A model generated the notes under the pieces. That model saw only the letters and a list, made by a program, of their open reading frames with translations. It ran no database searches and was not told where the DNA came from. A stretch of DNA of 64,000 bases from Octopus vulgaris (Eukaryota), in the NCBI GenBank assembly GCA_951406725.2, contig OX597816.1, forward strand, positions 75,516,001 through 75,580,000, read 5' to 3'. Below are positions 50,051-62,767 of this stretch, one piece after another; position 1 is the stretch's first letter; each line of letters starts with the position of its first letter. Made by a program: the position numbers and the translations under genes.

Positions 50051-50377
50051 CAGCGTTCCTCAACCAGGGTTCACCAGAGCCTTATGGTTCTGCAAAAAGG
50101 TTCCTAGGGGTTCCCTTGAGAAAGAGATAAGCTAATGGTAATATTACCATACGTGCGCAACATATTAGTTATTGTAATATAGACATCATCCTGTCAAACC
50201 TGTTATGTTATTAAAAAAATATGACAACCGTGTATATATATATATATGATATTTACCACATGAATAATGAAAAAATATGAGAAAGATATGGTATATAATA
50301 TTTTTTGTACAGGGGTTCCTTGAGATATGTAATTTATTTTAAGGGTTATGCAGGGGTAAAAATGTTGAGAAACACTG
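50051..50377. mobile_element. hAT (Charlie-like) MITE with intact 8-bp TSD
   Basis: TIRs cagcgttcctcaac / gttgagaaacactg; identical TSD ctctaaag at 50043-50050 and 50378-50385. Confidence 0.93.
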
Positions 50378-51574
50378 CTCTAAAGGCTATCCAACAGCAA
50401 ATCACTCCCAGAAATGCTCTCAATACCTTACCTCTGTCTCTTCTATTATTATCTACAGCAATTCATTTGAATTTGCAAGTTGTTTTAATGTAATTAACTT
50501 GCTACATTTTGTCATCCTATATGTCTTATCTTAATTCCCCCCAAACTGTTATCTTTACGCATGTTTTTTTTCTTGAGTTTCTTTCCTGGCCCTGTTCCCC
50601 CTGTCCTTTAAAGCTATCATTCTGTTCAAATTCAAACTGAGCCTTAACCATGATGTCTGGCAACAAGCTGAAAGAGAAGAGGGATTATTGGGCATAGCTG
50701 TTTGGACACTAACTTTGTTTTAGTGGTACTTTTTTTTTTTATTTGGCAGGCATTTTGATGCTAAAAGCAAATATGCAGTCACATGCATGGATACATGTAA
50801 ACAGAGAGAGAAAGGGAGAGATTGAGATGTTACACATACAAAGAGAAACTTTAAAATTGATTGAGAAAATTGATACAGACACATCCTCTCTTCACATAGA
50901 CAAAAAGAAAAAGAAGTGCATGCACAGACAGACTGACAGACAGATGGCTTTGTTAAAATGGAATTATCTCATATATGAAAGCAATAAAAAGTGAAAGATA
51001 ATATTAAAAGCAAAAATGATTACAATGCTGATTTATTGAAAATCAGTTCTTCATTTGGTAATTACGAGCAATGCTCCTCCAGAAGTTGGTTATGTAGAAC
51101 AGAGACAATATTTTCTTGGTATCAAAATGTTTAGGGACAAAATGTTCAATCTAAATAGATTCAATAACTGAATCAGCAAAGCTTAATGAACGGTGTCAGA
51201 TAAGCTACACGAAATCCCTAACCTGCTTGGAAAGGACTGCTAGAGTTATGGGTTTTATCACCTTCCTGGACTAAAATGTTTAAAAAAAAAAACGAAAAGT
51301 TTGCTTTGATTGATCATCATCATGATGTCCATCTTTCTGTACTTACATGGGTCAAATAGAAATTGTTGAGGCAGATTTTTTATGGCTTGATACTCTTTCT
51401 GTTACCAATCTTCATGTTTCTAAGCAAGATATTTCCCCATGGTCAAAACCTCTTTTCACAGAAGTTTTGAAATGAATGACACTACTTGTATTATGGTGAT
51501 ACTTGTTCACAACTAATACTCAATATCAAGACAAAGAGATTAAAAAAAAAAAATCCAAATGTGTGCAGATGGAT

Positions 51575-53075
51575 CATGGTACACTTGCACTTGGTGATTC
51601 TGGAAAGAAAGAGGTATAGAAGTGCTACTATAAAGCTTAGTAAATGTAGAGAATGTATGAGAGAAGAGAATTTTCCCAGTATGGACCCAACAGAGAAACC
51701 AGCTTTCCTGTTGACAGTATTATGATAAAGCAGTTAAGGATATGATGGCAAAGAAAGCTCCTGGTCCATCAGGAATCATTGCTGAAATGCTTAAAATATC
51801 TGGTGGTGTAGGATACGGAATAGTCACTCATATAATTAATCAGGTTGTACAGGGAAAGTGTTATACCTGATGACAGCATTATAGTCAACAGTTACAAGAG
51901 TAAAGGAGATGCCTTAGAAAAAAGTTATTAAAGAGGTATCCAATTGCTGGACCAGGTCATGAAGCTTACAGAATGAGTTATAGCCCAATTAATTAAGAAT
52001 AGGATGAGATGAGATGCAGTTTGGTTTTGTGCCTGTGAGGAATACTACTGATGTTGTCTTTCTGGTAAGACAACTGCAAGAAGAGTATTTAGCTAATCCA
52101 TTATACTTGGTATTTGTTGATGTGGAGAAAGCCTTTCACAGGATCCTTTACTCTGTGTGATCTGATGGTCTTTGAGCAAGCTAGGAGTAGACAGATAGCT
52201 TGTTAGAGACTTACAAGTCATGTCGTGTGGAGTTGTCAGTTGAGTAAGAGTTAACTACAAGCACAGTAACAAATTGAGTGTACAGGTAGGATTTCCAGGT
52301 CTGTAAGCAAAACTTGGAATCAAAGGGCCTTAAATTTAATTTAGCAAAAAACCAAAGTTCTAGTAAGCTGGAAAATACAGGACTCTACTCCCTTCAGGAA
52401 TACATAGAGAAGGTGTAGGCAGAAATTCCATTAGATGTACCCACTGCAAGAAATGGACATACAAGAGGTGCAGTGGAATCACATGAAGGTTCATGGAAAC
52501 ATAGATCTTGTAGCAAATGTACAGGGGCAATATACACTAAGAATGCATGGGGAATAGATTCTCATAAATAAGAAATAGTAGATGGTTTCTGTTATCTAGG
52601 TGACTAATTAGCAATGGAGGATGCTGTTCTGAAATTATAGTTGCTAGAATAAGAATTGGAGAGATACAGTTCAGCAAGTTATCATTTTTGTTTGTAATAA
52701 AAAGACTCTCCTTTAGAGGGAAGGGCACATGGTACAGTGCTTATGTACAAACAGCAATGCTACTTGGTAGAAAGACAGTGGCCTCGAATGCCGAGAATTT
52801 TTGAAGATTAGAAAGGAATGAAGCTATTATGCTCTGATGAATGTTACAACATTAGTGTGCATGTACAAGAAAGTACAAGTGAGGTGAGAGAAAAGTAGGG
52901 CATAAAAAGACTCAAATGTAGTGTGCAAGAGAGAAGATTGCACTGGTATGATTAAGTGATGTGTATGGATGATGACAGCTGTGTAAAAAAGGACTGATCA
53001 TTTAAAGTAGATGGAATTTATAGAAGAAAGAAGACATGGTACAAAGTAATGAAGTCTGATCTCTCCATGCCACTA
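51575..53075 (+). mobile_element. RTE-clade LINE, 5'-truncated, RT pseudogene
   Basis: Translates to KKAPGPSGIIAEMLK, MQFGFVPVRNTTDVVFLVRQLQEEYLA and LYLVFVDVEKAFHR, with many stops; the YADD region appears deleted. Confidence 0.88.
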
Positions 53076-53784
53076 ATGATGTCCAAGGGAAAGCCAAAGT
53101 CTGATACAGCTTGGCACCAGTGATGTCACACCTTATTTTTACAGCTGAGTGAACTGGAGCAATGTAAAATAAAGTGTCTTGCTTAAGAACACAGCACATA
53201 ACCTGATCCAGAAATTGAACACAACCTTGCAATCATAAGCCTGGTGCTCTAACCACTGAGTCATGCACCTATACAGTATATAGATTCATAATATAGATAC
53301 ATGATCTAGGAACAGACTCAGTTCACTATATCTTTTATCTTATTTTATTACAATAAAACCATGGAGAGAGTAATGTAAGTACTTGGGAAAAAATGTTTGA
53401 ATTTTCTGATTAGTGAAGTGTACATACAGTCAAAACAATACAACTGTTTTGAATTAAGATCCTGTTGGAATTGACTTTGTGTTTTCTCTTCTGTGGACAA
53501 TAAGGTAGAATATACAATCATGTTGGGTTCATCAACCATTCTTTTGCCCCTCTCTCTGCACAGTAATAGTTTTGGGCAGTAGATATTTCTGTATGAGGTA
53601 CATCTTTAGAGTAGATTTCTGTATTTGTTGATGTTGTTGTTTAGCACCAGGTCACAGTGAATTAAACAAACCTATGATCACCTATGTCTGTCTGTCTGTC
53701 TGTCTGTCCCTATGCCTGTCTGCCTTCTGTCTGTCTGCCTGTCTGTCTGTTTGCTTCTACCTACCTGTCTTTACGTCTATCGTA

Positions 53785-54219
53785 TTTTATATGCTTGATA
53801 TAGATGTTATTTCTGTAAGGAAATCTAACAGCCACAAAGCCACAAAAAACACTAACAGTCTGTTAAGTGTATGAATAATACATACTTCTATGCAGCATCT
53901 TATATAATAACCTACTAAAGATGCTTACCATTTCTGAAGGTTGATTGTACTCTTATGGTGTTTCTCTTTAGTTGTTTAGGCATGATCAACACTCTCTTGA
54001 TAGATCTATAATTGAATGTATTTCAACCGTATCCATCCTGTCCTACTTTTAGGCATCATATCTTTGCAACAAGATTATATGGTGTCCCCCACACCCACTT
54101 TTTTAAAAAGATGATAGCATGTAATTTGAGTCAGATTTTTGGCTGTTATCTCTTGCAGATCCAGGGGCCCATTTGTTGGTTCCTTTGTAAATTATTCTAG
54201 TTGTATTTATGTTTGCTTG
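53785..54219 (+). repeat. Local direct duplication, copy 1 (copy 2 at about 57105-57518)
   Basis: Shares gttatttctgtaaggaaatctaacagccac...aggcatcat almost exactly with copy 2. Confidence 0.92.
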
Positions 54220-54320
54220 GATTCTATATATCTTAATTAAAATGATATATCTTTTTGTAGTCTTATTTTAATTAAGATATTACCTAGTTGTTGATACATC
54301 TTTTTTCTGTTCACACCCAC

Positions 54321-54457
54321 CCAAATGTGGGTACCCCTGTCTCACACATGCATGCATGTATGGACAAGAGTATCTTTGTGTGTATGTGTGTGTGTGTATA
54401 TTTGTTCCATGTCCTCGGGTTGTTGTGTTTTTTTTTGCACTTTCTTGTTTGGATTGA

Positions 54458-54541
<84 letters not shown>

Positions 54542-54930
54542 ACATACATACATGTATATACATTTGTATGTGTATTAATTTTTTTTAATTTTAAGAGTTT
54601 ACTGTTGTTCTGTTTTTTTAAGTGTGTTATAACTGAATAGGTAGTTATCAGATAGGGCCTCAACAAAATTTTGAAAGCATTTTTTTGTTCTTTTTCAAAA
54701 TCTGTAAGGGAAGGAAGTGATGAAGACTTAGCAGGAACATGTTGGGTGAAAGAACCAAATGTAAATACATTATGCATCACCACCACCACCACCACTCCAA
54801 ATGTGGGTACCCCTGCCTCACACATGCATGCATGTATGGACAAGAGTATCTTTGTGTGTATCTGTGTGTGTGTATATTTGTTCCACGTCCTTGGGTTGTG
54901 TTTTTTTTTGCGCTTTCTTGTTTGGATTAA

Positions 54931-54989
<59 letters not shown>

Positions 54990-54991
54990 CA

Positions 54992-55033
<42 letters not shown>

Positions 55034-55290
55034 CATACATACATACATGTATATACATTTGTATGTGTATTAATTTTTTTAAATTTTAAGAGTTTACTGT
55101 TGTTCTGTTTTTTTAAGTGTGTTATAACTGAATAGGTAGTTATCAGATAGGGCCTCAACAAAATTTTGAAAGCATTTTTTTGTTCTTTTTCAAAATCTGT
55201 AAGAGAAGGAAGTGATGAAGACTTAGCAGGAACATGTTGGGTGAAAAAACCAAATGTAAATACATCATGCATCACCACCACCACCACTCC
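54321..55290 (+). repeat. Tandem duplication, period about 476-495 bp, each unit containing (TATC)n
   Basis: ccaaatgtgggtacccctg starts at 54321 and 54797; the ORFs MKAFFCSFSKSVREGSDEDLAG and MWVPL.HTCMH are duplicated. Confidence 0.93.
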
Positions 55291-57676
55291 CGCCGCCGTT
55301 GTTGTCATTGTCGTCATCAATAGTTTAATGATGCCATTTACTTGTATTTATGAATGCATATGTGTGTGTGTGTGTGTCTGTTTTGCATTTATGCATATGT
55401 GTATGTGTATAAGTACAGTCATCCCTAGGTTTAAATTGTAGGTTAATTCTGTGACTCACTGTACACATTGAAAATGCATAAATAGTAAATAGTAGGGGGT
55501 AGGCTTCAAATTCTATTATCAATAAAATTAAAAAGAAACCTTTCCTCTGAAATCTATTATTTTAGGCTGTGTAATGATAGTGTAATGATATTATTTCTCT
55601 TTGAAATTTCAGTCTTATGGCTCCATATTAGAATCCATTGTTGATGAAGTTTTGCTCCTTTTACAATTTTTGTTGTAATTAGTGAATCTGCCGGTGTGCA
55701 GGTGACACGTAAAAAAAAAAAAGACACAATTTTTCCGTGACTGTCGCCAGTACTGCCGGTGGCATGTAAAAGTACCTACTACACTCTCAGAGTGGTTGGC
55801 ATTAGGAAGGGCATCCAGCTGTAGAAACTCTGCCAAATCAAGATTGGAGCCTGGTGCAGCCATCTGGTTCACCAGTCCTCAGTCAAATCGTCCAACCCAT
55901 GCTAGCATGGAAAGCAGACGTTAAACGATGATGATAATTCCAAAGTTTCTTCCTGTTCTACAAACAATTCCTCAATTTCTTTTGTAAGTAAATTACCAAA
56001 TTAATATAGTCTGTGTTCAGGTTTGATTTTTTTTTCTTGTTTCAGTATCATTACCATTCAGAACTAATCTGGGGGAAATGACCTTCCATCATGCATTTAA
56101 AATTGTTTTTTTTAATTTTACAAATTACTACTGAAATTATCTTCACACAGTCTTTTATCTTTTGTCTTTTACATGTTTCAGTCATTAGACTGTAGACATA
56201 CTGGGGCATCACCTTAGAGAATTTTTTAGCCTAATGAATCGACCTCAGTATTTTTTAAAAGCCTGGTACTTATTCTATCAGTCTCTTTTTATTTTGATGT
56301 TGGTGTTGACGTACTTGACTCAATAGGTCTCCTCAAGAACAGCGGGTCACTCTACGATCCAAGGTTAGCACAGCAGGCTGGCCTGCGAGCCATGAACTCA
56401 CTTCATTTGTCAGGTCTTCACAGTCACAGCATATCTCAGACGTCTCGGTCTTTGTCATTTCCTCTGTGAGGCCCAACGTATTTTTAATATAACTGTTTAT
56501 CATAATTTTGTTTCAAAATTACAAATTATACCTTCATCTAATATTTGGTTAAATGGTATGATAATGACTAGCAAGAACAGAACTTGAACATAAAGGTTGT
56601 ACTAAATGGCAGGGATGTGAAAGAATGTTATCAGTTAGTAATAAAATTTGAAGACAATATTATTTTCCATTGTATATAATTCAACTTCAGGAAATAAGTT
56701 TTTTTTTTAGACCAGTTTTCAAATAATGTAGCAGTTATTCTGAATTTTTCATTTACATACCAATGAATTGGGAAGGTATTTTTACTCAGCTATCTCAGAC
56801 CAAGTATTAAAAGTACTCTACTGTAAGTAGGTACGTCTGTCACTGGGTTTGCAGTTCAGCTAATTGGATGGAAAACAAAAAATAAGCACAATTGTGTGTG
56901 TATGAGTGTATATTTATATATTTATACATGTTCTTGTGTGTGTGTGTGTATATATATATGTATATAATACACACACACGTGTAGATGATATATGTATGTG
57001 AGTGTATGTGTGTGTGTGTGTATAAGTGTATATGATAAATTATTTTTATTCCTAGTGTACTTTTGTCGGTTGTCTCATATCATTTTTATCTAATTTGTGG
57101 CTGTTCTATGTGCTTGATGCATATGTTATTTCTGTAAGGAAATCTAACAGCCACAAAAACACTAACAGTCTGTTAAGTGTATGAATAATACATACTTTTA
57201 AGCAGCTCTTATATAACAACCTACTAAAGGTGCTTACCATTTCTGAAGGTTGATTGTACTCTTATGGTGTTTCTCTTTAGTTGTTTAGGCATGATCAACA
57301 CTCACTTGATAGATCTATAATTGAATGTATTTCAACCGTATCCATCCTGTCCTACTTTTAGGCATCATGTATTTGCAACTAGATAATATGCTTTCTCCCT
57401 TTTTTTTAAAGATGGTAACATTTAATTTGACTTTTGGCTGCTATTTCTTGCAGGTCTCAAGGCCTTACTTATTGGTGGTTTTGTTTATTATTCTGACTGT
57501 ATTCATGTTTGCTTGGAAACCTGTTTTTTTTTTTTTTTTCAATTAAATTATGTCCTGCTGTTAATGTGCTTTGTTTCTATCCATACACATCTGGGTGCAT
57601 AAATATATGTGTATTGGTCTGCTTGTTTTTTTTATATAGATATTTATGTGTGAATATGTGTGTTTGTGAGTGTGTA

Positions 57677-57733
<57 letters not shown>

Positions 57734-57789
57734 CTCTCTCTTTCGGAGAGGCACTGAGCAGCTATACGCACATATACACACACGGCAGT

Positions 57790-57938
57790 AACTTCCACCT
57801 ACCGAATTCAATCACAAAGCTCCTGTCGGCTTGGGGCTATAGTGAAAGACACCTACCCAAAGTGCCACGCAGTGGGACTGAACCCCAAACCATGTAGCTA
57901 GGAAGCAAGCTCCCTAACCACACAGCCATGCCCGCGCC
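57790..57938 (-). mobile_element. tRNA-derived SINE (aagacacttgcccaaggtgcc family)
   Basis: Minus strand has GGCGCGGGCATGGCTGTGTGGTTAG (A box) and GGTTCAGTCCC (B box). Relatives near 3110, 13030, 13735, 20990, 23565, 32390 and 41680. Confidence 0.75.
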
Positions 57939-58172
57939 TACATATATATATATATTATATGGTCCAGAAAAGAACAAAAAAAAAACATGAAGATGCGGTG
58001 AAAGAACAACAATCAGAGTGTATTTAGTTTATACTCAGGAAAAATAGAAGTTTTTAATGTTTCAAATTTACGCTCTTCTTCGGAAAGGATAGATGAGGAG
58101 AGGAAAAAAATAGAGAGAAAAATAACATGATTGAATAAAACACACACACACAACACATGCATGCACACACAT

Positions 58173-58208
<36 letters not shown>

Positions 58209-58979
58209 TAATGGCCTTCTTCCATGCTGGCATGGGTTGGATGGTTTGACAAGAGCTATCAAGCCAGAGACCAGCATCAGGCTCCATTGTCTGCTTTGGT
58301 ATGGTCTCAATGGCTGGATGTTCTAACACCAGCCACTTTATAGAGTATACTGGTTTTTATGTGCTTTTTACAAGGCACCAGCATTGGTGCTTTTTACATG
58401 GCACCAACACCAGTTAGGTCACCAAGTAACTTGCGAGATGAAGACCTCTCACCTAAGAGAGAGAGCGGAATCAAGGGAAGTGGTTTTGTGCCAGATGAGA
58501 GGTTAAAGTATTAGAGGGACAGAAATAGATTTCTTACTATAGAGGAGATACTTGACTACCACAGTCGGAAAAGAAAGAAGAGGAAAGAGAGAGTGAGAGA
58601 GAGAGAGAGAGGTTCAGAGTGAGAGAAGGAAATAAATAGTGTTGGAGATGCATTGGATCCTATCAATAAGGAACAGTGGTGGGAGTATAAGTGGTACAGA
58701 ATGGGATGCTCTCTGAGAATGTGAGGGGAGATGTTTAGAGATAAAGAATTGATGAGTATAGCAAATTGTGAGAGAAATTGGAGTGGCTGGGATGGGGAGT
58801 ATAGTAGATATGTGGGGGCATGGAGAGTGTATAGATAGGCACATGAGGGGCTTACCACTGGTGGTTATCATGGGTGGAGAGAAGCTGGGTTGTTTGGGAG
58901 TTTTGACTGAGGACAAATCATGTATATGTGTATGTGAGTGGGGCATGGCTGTAAAGGACATGCCTGGATGGCCATGATT

Positions 58980-60187
58980 TTACTTAGCTTCATGTGTCTT
59001 CTCAAGTACAGCAAATTGTCAGAAGTTTCAATTCCTTGTCATCTCCCTTGTGAGGTCCAACATCTGAAGATCATTTCTCACCACTTTGTTCCACATCTTC
59101 TTGGGTCTATCTTTTCCACAAATTCCCTTCACAATTAGAGATTGGCACTTCTTTATGCAGCTGTCCTCATCTATATGCATACATTCCTATAGGCATTACA
59201 TGAACATAACAGTGCAGTCTTCTCTCTTGCATACTACATTTGATGCCTCTTAAGCGTTTGCATGTCCTCTGCAGTCATAGCCCATGTTTCACTCCCATGT
59301 AACATAGCTGACCATACACAGGCATCATACAGTTTTTGTTTCACTTTGAAGGAGAGACCTTTGTTAGCAACAAAGGTAATAGCTCTCTGAACTTTGCCCA
59401 GTTCATTCTTATTCGAGTCACTATGCTTTCAGAGCATCCTCTTCCACTGCTAACTTTGTTGCCTAGGTAATGGAGGCTATCTATTACTTTTAAGGATCCT
59501 TTCAAATATTTGAGAAAGTCTATTTCCTGTACATTCTAAGTGTTTATTGTACAAGCACATTTGCCACTTACAAAGACTACTCTCTCTGCTTCCTGTGATA
59601 TCACTGCACCTGTTATGTGTCTATACCTTTCACTGGGTATGCTGCACAGAGTTTCTGTCTATACTTATTCTGCATATTGAGCAGGGCCATCTCCCTGAAG
59701 AAATTATTTGTCTGCTTTCCTTTTTATCAGGACTTTGCTAAATTAATTCTTAGGCCTTGATTCCAGACCATGCTTCCACACCTGAAATTTCTTCTCTAAT
59801 TCTAGTAGAGATTCAGCTATAAGAACAAGATCATCAGCATAGAAGAGCTCCCAAGGGCAACCAGCCTTTAATAGCTGCTGATATAGCCTGGAGGTCTATG
59901 ATAAACAAGAGGGGTGCTGAGAACCGATCCTTGGTGAATTCTGACCTGTACACTAAATTTGTTACTATACTCATTGCTGATTTCATCATATTGACAGCAT
60001 CCCTTTACATGACTTATACAACTCTCATCAGCCACTCATCTTTCTCTAGCTTCTTCATTGTCCACCAGATAAAGGAGCACAGTAACCTGTCAAAAGCTTC
60101 CTCCACGTTAACAAAAGCCAAGTACAGAGGTTTATATTTTGCAAAATACTTCTCCTGCTGTTGCCTTAACAGGAAGATAGCATCAAC
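58980..60187 (-). mobile_element. RTE-clade LINE, 5'-truncated, RT pseudogene
   Basis: Minus strand gives DAIFLLRQQQEKYFAKYKPLYLAFVNVEEAFDR and PWELFYADDLVLIAE (YADD at about 59830-59841). Confidence 0.9.
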
Positions 60188-60417
60188 ACATGCATACATA
60201 AATACATACACATTTCAAATTTATGTAGATCGTTTCTCACCACTTTGTTCCACATCTTCTTGGGTTTATCTTTTCCACAAATTCCCTTCACAATTAGAGG
60301 ATAGAAACAAAGAAAGCTTTGAAAGTATCTTTTGAGTTTATTCTTTTTTCAAAACTCACTTTGAACATAAATTTATTCAATAACATCTATTTGTAAACAA
60401 CCCCTCAGACACACACA

Positions 60418-60469
<52 letters not shown>

Positions 60470-60566
60470 TAGAAATGGTAAGACAACAAAAGAATGAAAG
60501 AGACCTCGATATGTAAATAGAGGAATTTATCTGTAAATGTAATATGTGACAATCATTTGGTAGCCA

Positions 60567-61386
60567 TGAGCTGATCAATAAGTATCCAGACTGTTGCCAT
60601 AGTAACAATGCTAAAGCACGTAGAGTGAAGCTACTTGACACAGATTGACCTTAAACTCTGCTGTGCATGTGCACTAAGTTTTAACATTCTATCTCACTTC
60701 CACTGTTTACAGTAGTGCTTAGAAGGATCATATGTAATATGTGATTGTTGCATTGGCCATGACAGAAAGTCGAGCAGAGATTTTGCATCAAATTTTGCCA
60801 AAAAGTTTTTGTTATTCTCGACATGGTCAAAGAGATCTTTTGCAACTGAAACTCAAGCCTCTTTTTGGTCAGCTGAAAGCAGTTTTGGTACAAACTTGGC
60901 AGACACGTGTCTCATATACAAATCTTCAGTGATAATGGATTGAACTGAACTGTAACTAATCTGCACATCCTCTGATAACTCACAGATAGCAATTCAATGA
61001 TTTCCCCTCACAGCTGCATGCACATCTGTGATGTTTTTCTCATTTCTACTGGTGGTGGGTTTCCCAGAACGTTCATCACTATTGACATGTTTTCGGCCAT
61101 CTTGGAAACTTTTGAACCACTCATACACTTGTGTGCGGTTCATACATTATTCTCCATACACTTTCTACAACTTTGTGTAAGCTTCTGAGCAGGTATTGCT
61201 ATGACAACTTTCCCTATCATGGTCAATATGATGATCACACGCTATACATGTTCCTTCCAAGCACTGTAAATGGTGGAAGCCAGCTAGAATGTTAAAACTT
61301 AGTGCACATGTGTCAAGTGGCTTCACTCTGCGTGCTTTAGCTTTGTTACTATGGCAACAGTCCAGATACTTTTTGATCAGACCTCG
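60567..61386. mobile_element. Mariner-derived element made of two opposed 5' halves
   Basis: The right part (minus) encodes CMNRTQVYEWFKSFQDGRKHVNSDERSG...SAKFVPKLL. The left part (plus) repeats the same TIR and 5' leader up to EQRFCIKFCQK. Confidence 0.88.
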
Positions 61387-62712
61387 TATATATATATGTA
61401 TACACACACACACATATACATTTATTATCATCACCATCATCATTGTTTGTAGTTTTTTTAATGAAAATACTGACCCGCTTTTAATACAGCATGTATTTTC
61501 TATTTGTGTGTATATTTGTGGACATACTCTACCTGCTTTATAACCTTTTGTGTAATTCTTCTTATGCACTGGCTTGAAATCCTGTTTGTATTTATAACTA
61601 CCCATAATCATTGGAAGTTCGGTATTATTATTTGCATAAAAGCACTATGTGAGATCACCAGGTATTGTGAAGTCTAGCAATTGTAGCAACTATGAAGGCT
61701 ATAATTATGTGTTGATCATTTGTTAAAAACATGTGGTACAAAATTGTTTTCTTGAGATGTGCATTTTCTTGTACGTTTGAAGAAATTCCTTTCGGAAGAT
61801 ATTTTTTCTGAGATCTCTGTTCATGGATGCAGTGTGAGTGTAGTATGATGCGTTCAGGTTGCATGTGGTGTGCAGCCAGTTGAAGAAATATTTGTTAGTC
61901 ATATAGTACTGTAATTAAGAGATACAGGAGAGTGCAGTACTAAATGCTCTACAGCTCTTAGTGTACGAATGAGTTTATTTAAAATTTACATAAACATATA
62001 AAAAGCACCAACCGATCGTGGCCGCTGCCAGCCTCCCCTGGCACCTGTGCCGGTGGCACGTGAAAAGCACCCACTAAACTCACGGAGTAGTTGGCGTTAG
62101 GAAGGGCATCCAGCTGTAGAAACACTGCCAGATCAGACTGGAGCCTGGTGCAGCCTCCTGGCTTCCCAGAACCCGGTTGAACCATCCAATCCGTGCTAGC
62201 ACGGAAAATAGACGTTAAACGATGATGATGATGATGATGATGATATTTGTATAAGAAACAGTGTACCTTTCAGTGCAGGCTCTGGATTCCATAAAAAATC
62301 TGTAGAGATAAACTTAAAAATGCGACATTGCACTGCTAACACAAAAGTAAGACACAGTACTGACTTGTAAGCTTTTAATATACTTGGTAGTATATTACAT
62401 CATCATCATCATCATCATCATCGTTTAACGTCCGCTTTCCATACTAGCATGGGTTGGACGGTTCAACTGGGGTCTGGGAAGCCTGAAGGCTGCACCAGGC
62501 CAGTCAGATCTGGCGGTGTTTCTACAGCTGGATGCCCTTCCTAAAGCCAACCACTCCGAAATAAAATATTGTATCCTTGCTAGCAATTAATATTTGTGCA
62601 TCAGCTGCCAGGAATATGTTTCATATGTAAATTGGTCTGTCCAATAGTATTATACCACTAGACTTACTGGGTATTTAAGAAATACGTTTGGAGATAGTTG
62701 AAGATTTGGATG

Positions 62713-62767
62713 TGGTGCTGACGAAAGAGTAATAACTCTTGAAATTTATATATATATATATTCACCG
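62713..62767 (+). ncRNA. Type I hammerhead ribozyme motif
   Basis: Stem I tggtg/caccg, CUGACGA at 62718-24, stem II aagagt/actctt, GAAA at 62741, AU-rich stem III, AUU triplet ending at 62762. Confidence 0.7.

Noticed and set aside
54716-54745. gtgatgaagacttagcaggaacatgtt as a hammerhead in the tandem unit, also near 55212
   Set aside because: Both CUGA and GAAA are broken and stem II does not pair.
55416-56100. Possible Tigger-like remnant (TA-CAGTC end; minus-strand LLTKEIEELFVEQEETLEL) split by a SINE
   Set aside because: Too degenerate to call without a profile search.
52050-60187. Two RTE fragments in inverted orientation as a long duplex
   Set aside because: The copies are heavily diverged and about 6 kb apart, and transcription across them is unknown.
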